This document shows positions 9,587 to 18,719 of a DNA stretch of 64,000 nt, piece by piece. The position numbers were made by a program, and so were the translations under genes. The stretch comes from Butyricicoccus sp. Marseille-Q5471 (GTDB taxonomy: Bacteria; Bacillota; Clostridia; Oscillospirales; Butyricicoccaceae): positions 76,746 to 140,745 of the forward strand of contig NZ_CATNVC010000001.1 in NCBI RefSeq assembly GCF_951230135.1, given 5' to 3'. The notes below the pieces were generated by a model. That model was not told where the DNA came from. It made no database searches and saw only the letters and a program-made list of their open reading frames with translations. Numbering within the stretch: position 1 is the stretch's first letter; each line of letters opens with the position of its first letter.

Positions 9587-10780
9587 TTACATACCGACGT
9601 ATGCGCCGTTGTTGATAATCATGCCCTTCGGGCTCTTGGAAACAGCACCGGTTGCATCCCAGGTCATGCCTTCGCCGGTCAGGCCGTCAAAGGAGATGGT
9701 CGGGAATGCTTCAACCAGCTTTTCGCAGATATCCTGCGCGGACATGTCAGCGGTGCAGCCGGCAGCTTCAATCGCTGCAACGTAAGCGTAAACGCAGTCG
9801 TACGCATCAGCCGCGAACTGGTTCGGGGTCTCGCCAAACTTTTCCTTGTATGTCTTAACGAAGTTTGCCGTCTTGTCGTCCGTTGCATCCGCGTTGAACG
9901 GAGTCAGCAGCATAACGCCTTCGGCAAGCGTGGTGTCAAAGCCTTCCAACGTCAGGATGCCGTCCATGCCGTCCACGCCGAAAATCTTGGGTGCATAGCC
10001 CATGGACTTCGCCTGGGTCAGAATCAGAGATGCCGGCTGGTAGTACATCGGCAGGAACAGCAGGTCAGCGCCGGCCTTCTGTGCTTCGCCCAACTGTACG
10101 GTAAAATCGTTTGCAGAAGCATCGGTAAAGGTGGTGGTGGACACGATCTCCAGACCCAGTTCAGCAGCCTTGGCCTTGAAGGTATCATAGATACCGGAGG
10201 AGTAAACGTCGTCATTCTTGTAAATGACAGCTACCTTAGTGCCCAGCTTCTGATCGAAAATGTACTGTGCGGATGCGGTGCCCTGGTTGGGGTCGGCAAA
10301 GCACATCTGATACATATTGTCCTTGCCATCAATAACGGCAACCGAAGAAGCCGACGGAGTCAGGGCAAAAATACGGTCGGAATAGGTCTCTGCAGCGGTG
10401 GCTTCACAGGGCTTGGAGGTAACCGAACCCAGCGAAATCTGCATGCCCCAGTCGAGCAGGGCGTTGTACGCGTTGACAGCCTTCTCCGCATCGTGCTCAT
10501 CATCCTCGTACTTCAGTTCAAACTGAACCGCGCCGCCTGCTGCGTTGATTTCGTCAACCGCAATCTGTGCGCCGTTCTTGGCTGCGTTGCCGTAAATCGC
10601 CGCGCCGCCGGTCAGCGGGCCGGTGCCGCCAAGCTTAAACACAGCCGCACTTGCAGACGCATCGCCTTCAGCGCTGTCCGCATTCGTACCGGCATCCTGC
10701 GAATTGCCGCCTGCACCGCAGCCGGTGAGCGCAGTAGCCAGCATCGTGCCGGCCAGAAGCATGCTCAGAATCTTCTTCAT
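9587..10780 (-). CDS. livK: Branched-chain amino acid ABC transporter substrate-binding lipoprotein (LivK/LivJ family)
   Basis: MKKILSMLLAGTMLATALTGCGAG with lipobox LTGC. Type I periplasmic binding fold (Leu/Ile/Val-binding family). Confidence 0.85.
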   Translation of the reverse strand: MKKILSMLLAGTMLATALTGCGAGGNSQDAGTNADSAEGDASASAAVFKLGGTGPLTGGAAIYGNAAKNGAQIAVDEINAAGGAVQFELKYEDDEHDAEKAVNAYNALLDWGMQISLGSVTSKPCEATAAETYSDRIFALTPSASSVAVIDGKDNMYQMCFADPNQGTASAQYIFDQKLGTKVAVIYKNDDVYSSGIYDTFKAKAAELGLEIVSTTTFTDASANDFTVQLGEAQKAGADLLFLPMYYQPASLILTQAKSMGYAPKIFGVDGMDGILTLEGFDTTLAEGVMLLTPFNADATDDKTANFVKTYKEKFGETPNQFAADAYDCVYAYVAAIEAAGCTADMSAQDICEKLVEAFPTISFDGLTGEGMTWDATGAVSKSPKGMIINNGAYVGM

Positions 10781-11053
10781 AGTGATCTTCTCCTTTTACA
10801 AGCTAATCTTCCCGCCCCGAAAACGTTTACTTTTGTTTGGGGAACCCGGATTATTGTTTTATTATACTACCATTTTAACGCTTTTGCAGGTCTTTTTTAA
10901 TATTCGGGGTATTTTCAGGCAATCTACCTATTATCTTTTCAGATAAAACACCTGTTTTGTGTGTTCTTACCGAAAACACTTGTCCGTCTTGCAGGGATTC
11001 ATGCATTATTTTTCGTCGCTTGCAGGAAAAGATTTATTTCTCGCATTGTCCAT

Positions 11054-11089
11054 TAAAAAGGGCTTCTCCAATGAGGAGAAGCCCTTTTA
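11054..11089. terminator. Bidirectional intrinsic terminator
   Basis: GGGCTTCTCC-aatgag-GGAGAAGCCC stem with a flanking A-tract and T-tract. Sits 3' of the ABC exporter gene. Confidence 0.8.
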
Positions 11090-11091
11090 AC

Positions 11092-13011
11092 TCATTCCAA
11101 TTCGAATGCGCCGGTGTATAACTGATAATACTTTCCATGCTCTGCAATCAGCTGCTCGTGATTGCCCCGTTCAATGATGCGGCCAAGCTCAAGCACCATA
11201 ATCACATCTGCGTTCTGCACGGTTGACAGGCGGTGCGCAATGACGAATACCGTGCGCCCGCACATCAAGCCATCCATGCCGCGCTGCACGATGGCTTCGG
11301 TTCGCGTATCGATGCTGCTGGTCGCCTCATCGAGAATCATAACCGGCGGATCGGCTACCGCCGCACGCGCAATCGAAAGCAGCTGACGCTGTCCCTGCGA
11401 CAGGCTGCCGCCATCTCCGTCAATCTCGGTGTCATAGCCATCGGGCAGGCGCTCAATAAAGTCATCCGCACCCGCAAGCTGTGCCGCAGCCTTAATTTCC
11501 TCGTCGGTTGCATGCAGGCTGCCATACCGGATATTATCACGAATGGTGCCAGTGAACAGATTCGTATCCTGCAGTACAATACCGAGCGAGCGGCGCAAAT
11601 CAGACTTCTTAATCTTGTTGATGTTGATACCGTCATACCGAATCTTGCCGTCGGCCAAATCATAAAAACGGTTAATCAAGTTGGTGATGGTCGTCTTACC
11701 CGCGCCCGTCGCGCCGACGAAGGCCACCTTCTGCCCCGGCTCAGCGTAGAGTGTGACATTGTGCAGTACGATTTTCTCGGGCGTGTAGCCGAAATCGACA
11801 TCAAAGAAGCGAACGTCGCCGCGCACCTGCTCATAGGTCAGCGTGCCGTCCTCATGCGGATGCTTCCATGCCCAGATATTCGTCTTTTCTTCGGTTTCGA
11901 CCAGCTTGCCCTGCGCGTCATACTTGGCGTTTACCAGCGTGACATAGCCGTCGTCCACCTCGGACGGTTCATCCATCAGCTCAAAGATTCGCTCCGCGCC
12001 CGCGAGCGCCATGACGATGGAGTTGACCTGTTGGGAAATCTGGCTGACCGGCTGCGTGAAGGTCTTGGTCAGCTGCAGGAAGCTCGCAATCACGCCTAGC
12101 GTGATGCCGCCGCTGACGCCCGTCAGCGCAAGCGTACCGCCGACGACCGCAACCAGTACATACAGTAGGTTGCCGATGTTCATCATAATCGGCATCAGGA
12201 TATTCGCAAAGGTATTGGCGCGGGTCGCATTGATACGCAGCTCTTCGTTGAGCCCGTCAAACTGCTCCTTGCACTTATCCTCGCGGCAGAATACCTTGAC
12301 GACCTTCTGTCCGCCGATCATTTCCTCAATATAACCGTTGACCTTACCGATTGACTTCTGCTGCTCCAAAAAGTACTTTGCGGAGTTGCCGCCGATTTTC
12401 GCAGTCACGCGCAGCATGACAAACACGCCGAGCAGCACAAACAGCGTCAGCCACACGTTGGTGAACAGCATCGCCACCAGAACCGCAACAATTGTGATGG
12501 CCGAAGAGAACATCTGCGGCACCGACTGGCTGAGCATCTGCTGCAGGGTGTCGGTATCGTTGGTGTAATGGCTCATCACATCACCGTGGGTGTTGGTGTC
12601 GAAATAACGAATGGGCAATGACTGCATGTGCGAGAACATTTGATCGCGCACGGTTTTCAGCACGCCTTGCGAGATGGAAACCATCAAGCGGTTATAAAGG
12701 AAGGTAGAAATTACGCCAACCAGATAAACAAACCCCATCATCACCAGTGCGCGCAGCAGGCCGCTGAACACAGGCGAAGACTCTAAAAGCAGGGGCGAAA
12801 TGTAGTCGTCAATCAACACGCGCAGGAACATCGAACCGGCGACGCTTGCCAACGCGCCGAGCACGATGCACACCAGCACAACGAAGAATTTTCCGCTGTA
12901 ATCTCTCTTAATATAAGAAAGCAGGCGTCCCAGGGTCTTTTTCGGGTTCTTGCCGCGCTTTCCTCCTGCGGGACGGCCGTGGCGGCCGCCTCCCATCATC
13001 GGTCCGGGCAT
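11092..13011 (-). CDS. ABC transporter ATP-binding/permease protein (ABCB-type exporter, heterodimer subunit)
   Basis: 639 aa with a six-TM domain, Walker A GATGAGKTT and signature LSQGQRQLLSIARA. Confidence 0.85.
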   Translation of the reverse strand: MPGPMMGGGRHGRPAGGKRGKNPKKTLGRLLSYIKRDYSGKFFVVLVCIVLGALASVAGSMFLRVLIDDYISPLLLESSPVFSGLLRALVMMGFVYLVGVISTFLYNRLMVSISQGVLKTVRDQMFSHMQSLPIRYFDTNTHGDVMSHYTNDTDTLQQMLSQSVPQMFSSAITIVAVLVAMLFTNVWLTLFVLLGVFVMLRVTAKIGGNSAKYFLEQQKSIGKVNGYIEEMIGGQKVVKVFCREDKCKEQFDGLNEELRINATRANTFANILMPIMMNIGNLLYVLVAVVGGTLALTGVSGGITLGVIASFLQLTKTFTQPVSQISQQVNSIVMALAGAERIFELMDEPSEVDDGYVTLVNAKYDAQGKLVETEEKTNIWAWKHPHEDGTLTYEQVRGDVRFFDVDFGYTPEKIVLHNVTLYAEPGQKVAFVGATGAGKTTITNLINRFYDLADGKIRYDGININKIKKSDLRRSLGIVLQDTNLFTGTIRDNIRYGSLHATDEEIKAAAQLAGADDFIERLPDGYDTEIDGDGGSLSQGQRQLLSIARAAVADPPVMILDEATSSIDTRTEAIVQRGMDGLMCGRTVFVIAHRLSTVQNADVIMVLELGRIIERGNHEQLIAEHGKYYQLYTGAFELE

Positions 13012-14738
13012 TATTCCTCGCCTCCCTTCTGCTGTGAACGATAAACTTCCTGATAAATCTCATTGCTGCGCAGCAGCTCGTCATGCGTGCCGACCGCATT
13101 GATGCAGCCGTTGTCCATGACGATGATTTGATCGGCATCCTGTACCGAGGACACGCGCTGCGCGATAATGAGCTTGGTGGTTTCCGGGATTTCCTCGACA
13201 AACGCACGGCGGATGAGTGCATCCGTCTTGGTGTCAACCGCGCTGGTTGAATCATCCAGAATCAGAATTTTCGGTTTTTTCAGCAGCGCGCGTGCAATGC
13301 AAAGACGCTGTTTCTGGCCGCCCGATACATTGGTGCCACCCTGCTCGATGTGGGTATCATAGCCGTCCGGCATCTGCGAAATGAACTCATCCGCCTGCGC
13401 CAGTTTGCACACGCGTTTCAGTTCTTCGTCCGTTGCTTTTTCGTTGCCCCAACGCAGATTTTCCTTAATCGTGCCCGAAAACAGCACATTTTTCTGGAGC
13501 ACCATCGCAACTTCGTCACGCAGGGTTTCCAAATGATAGGCGCGCACATCCACGCCGCCGACCTTGACCGAGCCTTCGGTCACATCATACAGGCGCGGAA
13601 TGAGCTGCACCAGAGACGACTTTGCCGAACCCGTGCCGCCCAGAATACCGACAGTCTGCCCCGGCTTGATATCAAGATTGACCCCATGCAGGGCAAACTT
13701 ATGATGATCTCCCTTGTAGCTGAAGCTGACGTTTTCAAAGCGAATCGAGCCATCCTTGACCGCAGTGACCGGATTTTCCGGGTCGTGCAGATCAGCCTGC
13801 TCGGTCAGCAGCTCGCTGATGCGCTGCGCTGACGCGCGGGACATGGTAATCATCACGAACACCATTGCCACCATCATCAGGCTGATCAGAATCTGCATAA
13901 CGTAGGAGAACAGACTGGTCAGCTCGCCCGTTGTCATACTGCCGCCAACAATCAGCCGCGCACCGAACCACGAAATGAGCAGGATGCACGCATACATGCA
14001 AATCTGCATGAGCGGCATCGCGCAGGCCATAGTCTTCTGCGCCTTGGAAAACTCACGGTACAGCCGTCCGGACACGCTTTGGAACTTCTCAGTCTCATGT
14101 TCCTCGCGCACATAGGCTTTAACCACGCGGATGCCGCGCAGGTTTTCCTGTACGACCGTGTTCATGCGGTCATAGGTCTTGAACACGCGGGCAAATACCG
14201 GCGCAACAATCTTCATCAGTATACCCAGACCGATTCCCAGAATTGGCAGTACGCCGACAAATACCCACGCCACCTGATTGTTGATGCGGAACGCCATAAT
14301 CAGCGAGAAAATCAGCATCACCGGACATCTGACCGCGATGCGTGTGCACATCTGAAATGCGTTCTGCACATTGGTTACATCGGTCGTCAGTCGGGTGACG
14401 ATAGACGCGGTTGAGAATTTATCGATGTTTGAAAACGAAAAATCCTGCACAGCATAATACATATCGTGCCTGAGATTTCGCGCAAAGCCCGCCGAAGCGC
14501 GCGAAGCAAACGTGCCCGCCAATGCGCCGAACACCAGTGCAAGCATTGCGCAAACAATTAGAATCAGGCCGTACTTCCAAATTGCGCCCAGATTTCCCGC
14601 ATCAATGCCGCGGTCAATCAAAAGCGCCATGACGGTCGGTATCACGACCTCCATCACGACCTCCAAGACCACAAAAAACGGCGTGAGCAACGCATCCTTC
14701 TTGTACTCGCGTACACGCCCTACCAGTTGTTTGATCAT
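13011..14738 (-). CDS. ABC transporter ATP-binding/permease protein (ABCB-type exporter, heterodimer partner)
   Basis: 575 aa with a TMD plus Walker A GGTGSAKSS and signature VSGGQKQRLCIARA. ATGA overlap with the downstream partner. Confidence 0.85.
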   Translation of the reverse strand: MIKQLVGRVREYKKDALLTPFFVVLEVVMEVVIPTVMALLIDRGIDAGNLGAIWKYGLILIVCAMLALVFGALAGTFASRASAGFARNLRHDMYYAVQDFSFSNIDKFSTASIVTRLTTDVTNVQNAFQMCTRIAVRCPVMLIFSLIMAFRINNQVAWVFVGVLPILGIGLGILMKIVAPVFARVFKTYDRMNTVVQENLRGIRVVKAYVREEHETEKFQSVSGRLYREFSKAQKTMACAMPLMQICMYACILLISWFGARLIVGGSMTTGELTSLFSYVMQILISLMMVAMVFVMITMSRASAQRISELLTEQADLHDPENPVTAVKDGSIRFENVSFSYKGDHHKFALHGVNLDIKPGQTVGILGGTGSAKSSLVQLIPRLYDVTEGSVKVGGVDVRAYHLETLRDEVAMVLQKNVLFSGTIKENLRWGNEKATDEELKRVCKLAQADEFISQMPDGYDTHIEQGGTNVSGGQKQRLCIARALLKKPKILILDDSTSAVDTKTDALIRRAFVEEIPETTKLIIAQRVSSVQDADQIIVMDNGCINAVGTHDELLRSNEIYQEVYRSQQKGGEE

Positions 14739-15202
14739 AGTGTCACCTCCGAAGATTTGCTTTGGTACTCCTCCAAATTGGCACGAATCTGTTCACACAC
14801 CGCAAACCAGACCTGCAGCTGCTGCTCGTCAATGTTTTGGCGCATCAGCGATTCCATCTGTTCTAACTCCAAACAGATAACCGAGTGGAAGGCACGTGCC
14901 TTTTCTGTCAATTTAAGCCGTTTCAGCCGTGCATCATGTTCGACCGGCTCGCGCCGCACCAAGCCGTGGCGCTCCATCAACTGAAGGATGCCGGTCGCAG
15001 TCGAACGGCGAATGTGGAACTGGGTTTCGATATCCTTTTGGAACCGATCCCCCTGCGCCTCTTCATGAATCAGGTAATGAATAATCATGCCCTGCATGCC
15101 TGTGACGTTCTCCATTTCACTTCCCGATGCTCTGATTGCCATTTGCCGTTTGATCAGATTGTTGAGCATTCCCAGCTCCGCTCCGATCCGATCCTCAAGC
15201 AT
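14735..15202 (-). CDS. MarR family transcriptional regulator (first gene of MarR-ABC-ABC operon)
   Basis: 155 aa winged-helix MarR signature (RRSTATGILQLMERHGLVRREP). 4-nt overlap with the ABC gene. Confidence 0.8.
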   Translation of the reverse strand: MLEDRIGAELGMLNNLIKRQMAIRASGSEMENVTGMQGMIIHYLIHEEAQGDRFQKDIETQFHIRRSTATGILQLMERHGLVRREPVEHDARLKRLKLTEKARAFHSVICLELEQMESLMRQNIDEQQLQVWFAVCEQIRANLEEYQSKSSEVTL

Positions 15203-15303
15203 ATTGTTAGCCTCCTTACAGTTAGGGTACTAGCATAGTATACGCCTATTTCAATCATTGTCAACAGACTTCACAAAAATTTAAAAAAATACCGCAGGCT
15301 GCA

Positions 15304-15337
15304 TAAAAAAGAGGGTGCAAAGGCACCCTCTTTTTTA
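15304..15337. terminator. Bidirectional intrinsic terminator
   Basis: AAAAAAGAGGGTGC-aaag-GCACCCTCTTTTTT. Confidence 0.8.
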
Positions 15338-15838
15338 TGCACGATATTTCTCTTTTAAATACATCTCTTGCAGAAACCGCCGGCCGGTTTCTGTACGAAA
15401 AATGCGTTTTGCCGCAATTTCACACGCCTCACGCGGCAGTTCGTCTTCATACGCGTTGACCAGAAAATCCGCTTCCAGCAAAATCCGAAAATCCAACGCC
15501 TCACCTGCGTCATAGGTGTGATGATGCGCAATCAGCCACAGCACGCGCTCCTGTTCCGCGCCGTTTGCACCCGCTTTCTGCAGCATGGGTGCGGCCACCG
15601 CAGGGCCCTCGCTCTCCTGCCACTTCCCCGCAGAAGAACCGTGGAGCCGCTCCGCCTCATGAATACCGATATCATGCAGCACCGCTGCAGCGTCGAGCAC
15701 CTTTTGGGTGTGCTCCTCCAGACCCTCTGCCTGCCCGATGGCATGGCTAAACGCGTATACCTTCATGAAATGCTGCACCCGACGCGGATCGCCCGCATCA
15801 TATGCAATCGCCTGCGCGATTAAGTCATCGATTTTCAT
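15335..15838 (-). CDS. HD domain phosphohydrolase
   Basis: Starts MKIDDLIAQAIAYDAGDPRRVQHFMKVYAFSHAIG with HD motifs (HD...LHDIG...HHH). ATG at 15838 has RBS GAGGGA. The ORF-track extension is rejected. Confidence 0.7.
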   Translation of the reverse strand: MKIDDLIAQAIAYDAGDPRRVQHFMKVYAFSHAIGQAEGLEEHTQKVLDAAAVLHDIGIHEAERLHGSSAGKWQESEGPAVAAPMLQKAGANGAEQERVLWLIAHHHTYDAGEALDFRILLEADFLVNAYEDELPREACEIAAKRIFRTETGRRFLQEMYLKEKYRA

Positions 15839-15898
15839 GCCGTGTCCCTCGTTTTTGTTTTTATTGTATGCAAACGACGATCGGCTGTCAAGCGCCAA

Positions 15899-16441
15899 TC
15901 AACCAAGCCACCATGCTGCCAGCAGTACGCGCAGCAATGCGCTGAGCGCTGCAAGCACAATGCAGATTACATACGGAATCCGGCAGCTTTGCAGCAGGGT
16001 CTTGCCGCCGCTCGGGTCGGTCACACACCAAACCATTGTGCAGGCTGCAAGCAGTGCAGGCACCGCAAGCACCGCCGGCAGGCCGGTGGCCAAGACCGAC
16101 AACAGCAGGCTTTCCTTCTGTCCGATGCCGACCGCAACGGTCAGCGCCAGGACAAATCCGCGTGCGGCACACAGTCCGGCCAAGAACAGCGGAACCGGCC
16201 GCAGCAGTGCGCATAATACGGGCAACGCGATCCACAGCACCGCGCCCAGCACGCACCGTCCCGCCTGCTCAGGCAGGGCGGACAGCAGCGCGGCCAAGTG
16301 GATCGCATCGTCCCCCTCGCCGGCGATTAGGCCTGTCATGCCGCCCGCCAGCGCCCCGCACAGAAACATCGCGCACAAAAACACAAACGCAGGTGTGCGC
16401 AAAAGCTCGTCAAAAAAGCCGAGAACATGCTTTTTCCTCAT
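15899..16441 (-). CDS. Polytopic membrane protein, possibly SpoIIM-like
   Basis: 180 aa with about five TM helices. The N-terminal pattern MRKKHVLGFFDELLR...F..C is reminiscent of stage II sporulation protein M. Weak assignment. Confidence 0.4.
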   Translation of the reverse strand: MRKKHVLGFFDELLRTPAFVFLCAMFLCGALAGGMTGLIAGEGDDAIHLAALLSALPEQAGRCVLGAVLWIALPVLCALLRPVPLFLAGLCAARGFVLALTVAVGIGQKESLLLSVLATGLPAVLAVPALLAACTMVWCVTDPSGGKTLLQSCRIPYVICIVLAALSALLRVLLAAWWLG

Positions 16442-16503
16442 ACTTCTCCCCCTTACGGAAGGTTCTGATAAAGCATATTCCCGGCTTGTTCGTTTTAGAC
16501 CAG

Positions 16504-16980
16504 TCAGTCCTCACACATTGCGTTTACCAAATCGCGGCAGGGCTGATGCAGGAACAGGCGCACATTTTTTCCGATTTCATACGACGCACTCAGCTTGCCG
16601 TCCTCGTCCTTGTGCAGCGTCGCGGCAATCAGCTCGGTACCTGAAACAACGCGCTCGCCAACGAATTCAACATTTACGCGCGCATCATCGCACACGGTAA
16701 CCAGAATGCGCTTTTGGATGCACTGCGACAGCGGCGCAAGCTCGGTGGCCATCTCCCGGCGGGAGGCACACAGGAGCACGATTTCACTTTTGAGCACTGC
16801 GGCGAAGGTGTCCTCGCACACCACAGCACCGCTGCCCTCAGCGGCTGCTTTTGCAGCCTCGCTTTTGGAGGAAATAAACAGATTTCTGGCGGGAATGACG
16901 TTTTTATCAAGAATCGCACGAATCATCCGGGGCAAATATTCTCCCCCGCCGATGACGGCTACCAATACGTTTTGCGGCAT
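16504..16980 (-). CDS. NAD(P)-binding Rossmann-fold protein (short ProC-like)
   Basis: VAVIGGGEYLPRMIRAIL dinucleotide-binding motif. At 158 aa it is shorter than true ProC. RBS AAAGGAG. Confidence 0.4.
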   Translation of the reverse strand: MPQNVLVAVIGGGEYLPRMIRAILDKNVIPARNLFISSKSEAAKAAAEGSGAVVCEDTFAAVLKSEIVLLCASRREMATELAPLSQCIQKRILVTVCDDARVNVEFVGERVVSGTELIAATLHKDEDGKLSASYEIGKNVRLFLHQPCRDLVNAMCED

Positions 16981-17102
16981 GGAATCAACTCCTTTATGGA
17001 TTGCTAAAAATACTCATCAAGAGATACGATATTCATTATACGGCAGAAAAAGCCCTATTGGCAATCCATTTTACACGGTTTTTCGCCTTTTTGTCGTTCC
17101 TG

Positions 17103-18473
17103 CTAGTTTGCACAAAAATGCTCAACCGCTTTTAGATATATTGCACACTCCAGGCGTTTTCGTTCCATTTCACAGCCCAGATCATAGGAATCGTTCATAT
17201 CACCGTTCATATTATAGTTTGCCGCAGAACATCCACCTGAACAATAAAACTTTGCCCAACAGATTTGGCATTTAGGGCGGGAATAAATATTCATGCCGGC
17301 AAATTTCTGCGCAATATCCAAATCGAGCGTATTATCCAGCACGCTGCCCTGCTTAAACTCTTCCTTGCCCACAAACTGGTGGCAGGGATAGACATCGCCA
17401 TCCGGCGTGACGGCAACATACTCATAGCCCGCTCCACAGCCGCGCAGACGCTTGATAACGCAGGGACCCTGATTGAGATCAACCATGAAGTGGAAGAACG
17501 AGAAGCAGTTTCCTTCGCGCTTTTTCTCCTCCATAATGTCGGTCAGGCGGTCGTACTCGGCACAAATTTTGTCCAAATCGGCTTCGGTCAGGTCGTAGCC
17601 GGAGTCCGGGTCGGCCGTTACCGGCTCGACGGACAGACGGTCGAAGCCCGCCTCCGCAATGTGCAGCACATCGTTTGCAAAATCCAGATTATGCGAGGTA
17701 AACGTGCCGCGTGCATAGTAATCCTTGCCCTTATCGCGCGCGTCAACCAACGCCTTAAACTTGGGCACGATCACATCATAGCTGCCGCCGCCGTTTACGG
17801 TCTTGCGGAACTCGTCATTGACCGAGGGGCGGCCGTCAAGCGACAGCACAACGTTATCCATGTTTTCATTGATGTACTTCTGCTTGTCCGCATCAAGAAG
17901 CAGACCGTTGGTCGTAATCGTGAAACGGAACTTTTTGCCGTGCTCCGCCTCGATAGAACGCGCGTAATCGACCGTCTGCGTCACGGTGTCCCATGCCATC
18001 AGCGGCTCACCGCCGAAGAAATCCACTTCGATATTGCGGCGCGCGCCCGAACGGGCAATGACAAAGTCAATCGCCTTCTTCGCAATTTCAGGTGGCATGA
18101 TTTTACGGCCCTGCCCAAAGTCGCCGGTCGATGCGAAGCAGTATTTGCATCTGAGATTGCAGTCGTGCGCCACGTGCAGGCAAAGTGCCTTGACCGGTGC
18201 GCCGACCGGCACGTACTTGGATACGTCGATGTAATCATCCTTGGCGAAGAGCTGTCCGTTTTCCTTCAAATCGTATAGCTCGGCATACGCCTCACGCACC
18301 GCCTGCGGATCGGTGTCCGGCAGCGCGTCAATCACGCTCTGCGGGCACTCGGCCGGCATGGCTTCATCAACCAGGCCCGATACCGCATAGCTCGTGTCAT
18401 CCAGTACATGAACCGCGCCCGAATTGACATCGAGCACGAAGTTTACGCCTTTTTTGGTAAAGCGATGGATCAT
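17103..18473 (-). CDS. SCIFF radical SAM maturase (rSAM with C-terminal SPASM domain)
   Basis: CX3CX2C (CNLRCKYC) and a C-terminal SPASM Cys cluster (CQICWAKFYCSGGCSAANY). ATG at 18473 has RBS GGAGG. It lies directly downstream of the SCIFF precursor. The ORF-track start at 18581 overlaps the precursor gene and is rejected. Confidence 0.85.
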   Translation of the reverse strand: MIHRFTKKGVNFVLDVNSGAVHVLDDTSYAVSGLVDEAMPAECPQSVIDALPDTDPQAVREAYAELYDLKENGQLFAKDDYIDVSKYVPVGAPVKALCLHVAHDCNLRCKYCFASTGDFGQGRKIMPPEIAKKAIDFVIARSGARRNIEVDFFGGEPLMAWDTVTQTVDYARSIEAEHGKKFRFTITTNGLLLDADKQKYINENMDNVVLSLDGRPSVNDEFRKTVNGGGSYDVIVPKFKALVDARDKGKDYYARGTFTSHNLDFANDVLHIAEAGFDRLSVEPVTADPDSGYDLTEADLDKICAEYDRLTDIMEEKKREGNCFSFFHFMVDLNQGPCVIKRLRGCGAGYEYVAVTPDGDVYPCHQFVGKEEFKQGSVLDNTLDLDIAQKFAGMNIYSRPKCQICWAKFYCSGGCSAANYNMNGDMNDSYDLGCEMERKRLECAIYLKAVEHFCAN

Positions 18474-18496
18474 TTTATTTATTCCTCCAACTGAAT

Positions 18497-18529
18497 AAGA
18501 AACAAGGCGCGCCAATCCGGCACGCCTTG
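18497..18529 (-). terminator. Intra-operon hairpin plus U-tract between SCIFF precursor and maturase (putative partial terminator)
   Basis: Minus-strand RNA forms CAAGGCG-ugccggauugg-CGCCUUG followed by UUUCUU, located between the precursor stop and the maturase RBS. Confidence 0.5.
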
Positions 18530-18549
18530 CAGTTTGACTTCTGTTAGCC

Positions 18550-18693
18550 TTACTTGGCCTGCTCGCAGGTCTGGTTCGCAACCGTGCAAGAGGTCTTGCA
18601 GGCGGACTGGCAGGAAGTCTGGCACTCGCCGCAGCCGCCCTTGGCAGCAGACTGCTTCAGCGTCGCCGAGGTCAACGTGGTAATATGCTTCAT
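18550..18693 (-). CDS. SCIFF (six cysteines in forty-five residues) ranthipeptide precursor peptide, 47 aa
   Basis: Not in the ORF track because it is under 60 aa. Translation is MKHITTLTSATLKQSAAKGGCGECQTSCQSACKTSCTVANQTCEQAK, showing the hallmark GGCGECQTSCQSACKTSCT core of SCIFF. RBS GGGAGGAA precedes the ATG. Confidence 0.85.
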   Translation of the reverse strand: MKHITTLTSATLKQSAAKGGCGECQTSCQSACKTSCTVANQTCEQAK

Positions 18694-18719
18694 GATAGGT
18701 TCCTCCCTTTCACAACGTC

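Noticed and set aside
10781-11050. T-box or other riboswitch in the livK leader
   Set aside because: I looked for the T-box core and a specifier/antiterminator arrangement and found only a promoter (TATAAT) and a short hairpin. No recognisable riboswitch.
15708-16700. 330-aa plus-strand Ser/Ala/Pro/Arg-rich ORF overlapping the HD, membrane and ProC-like genes
   Set aside because: Low-complexity translation spanning three minus-strand genes that have RBSs. A GC artefact.
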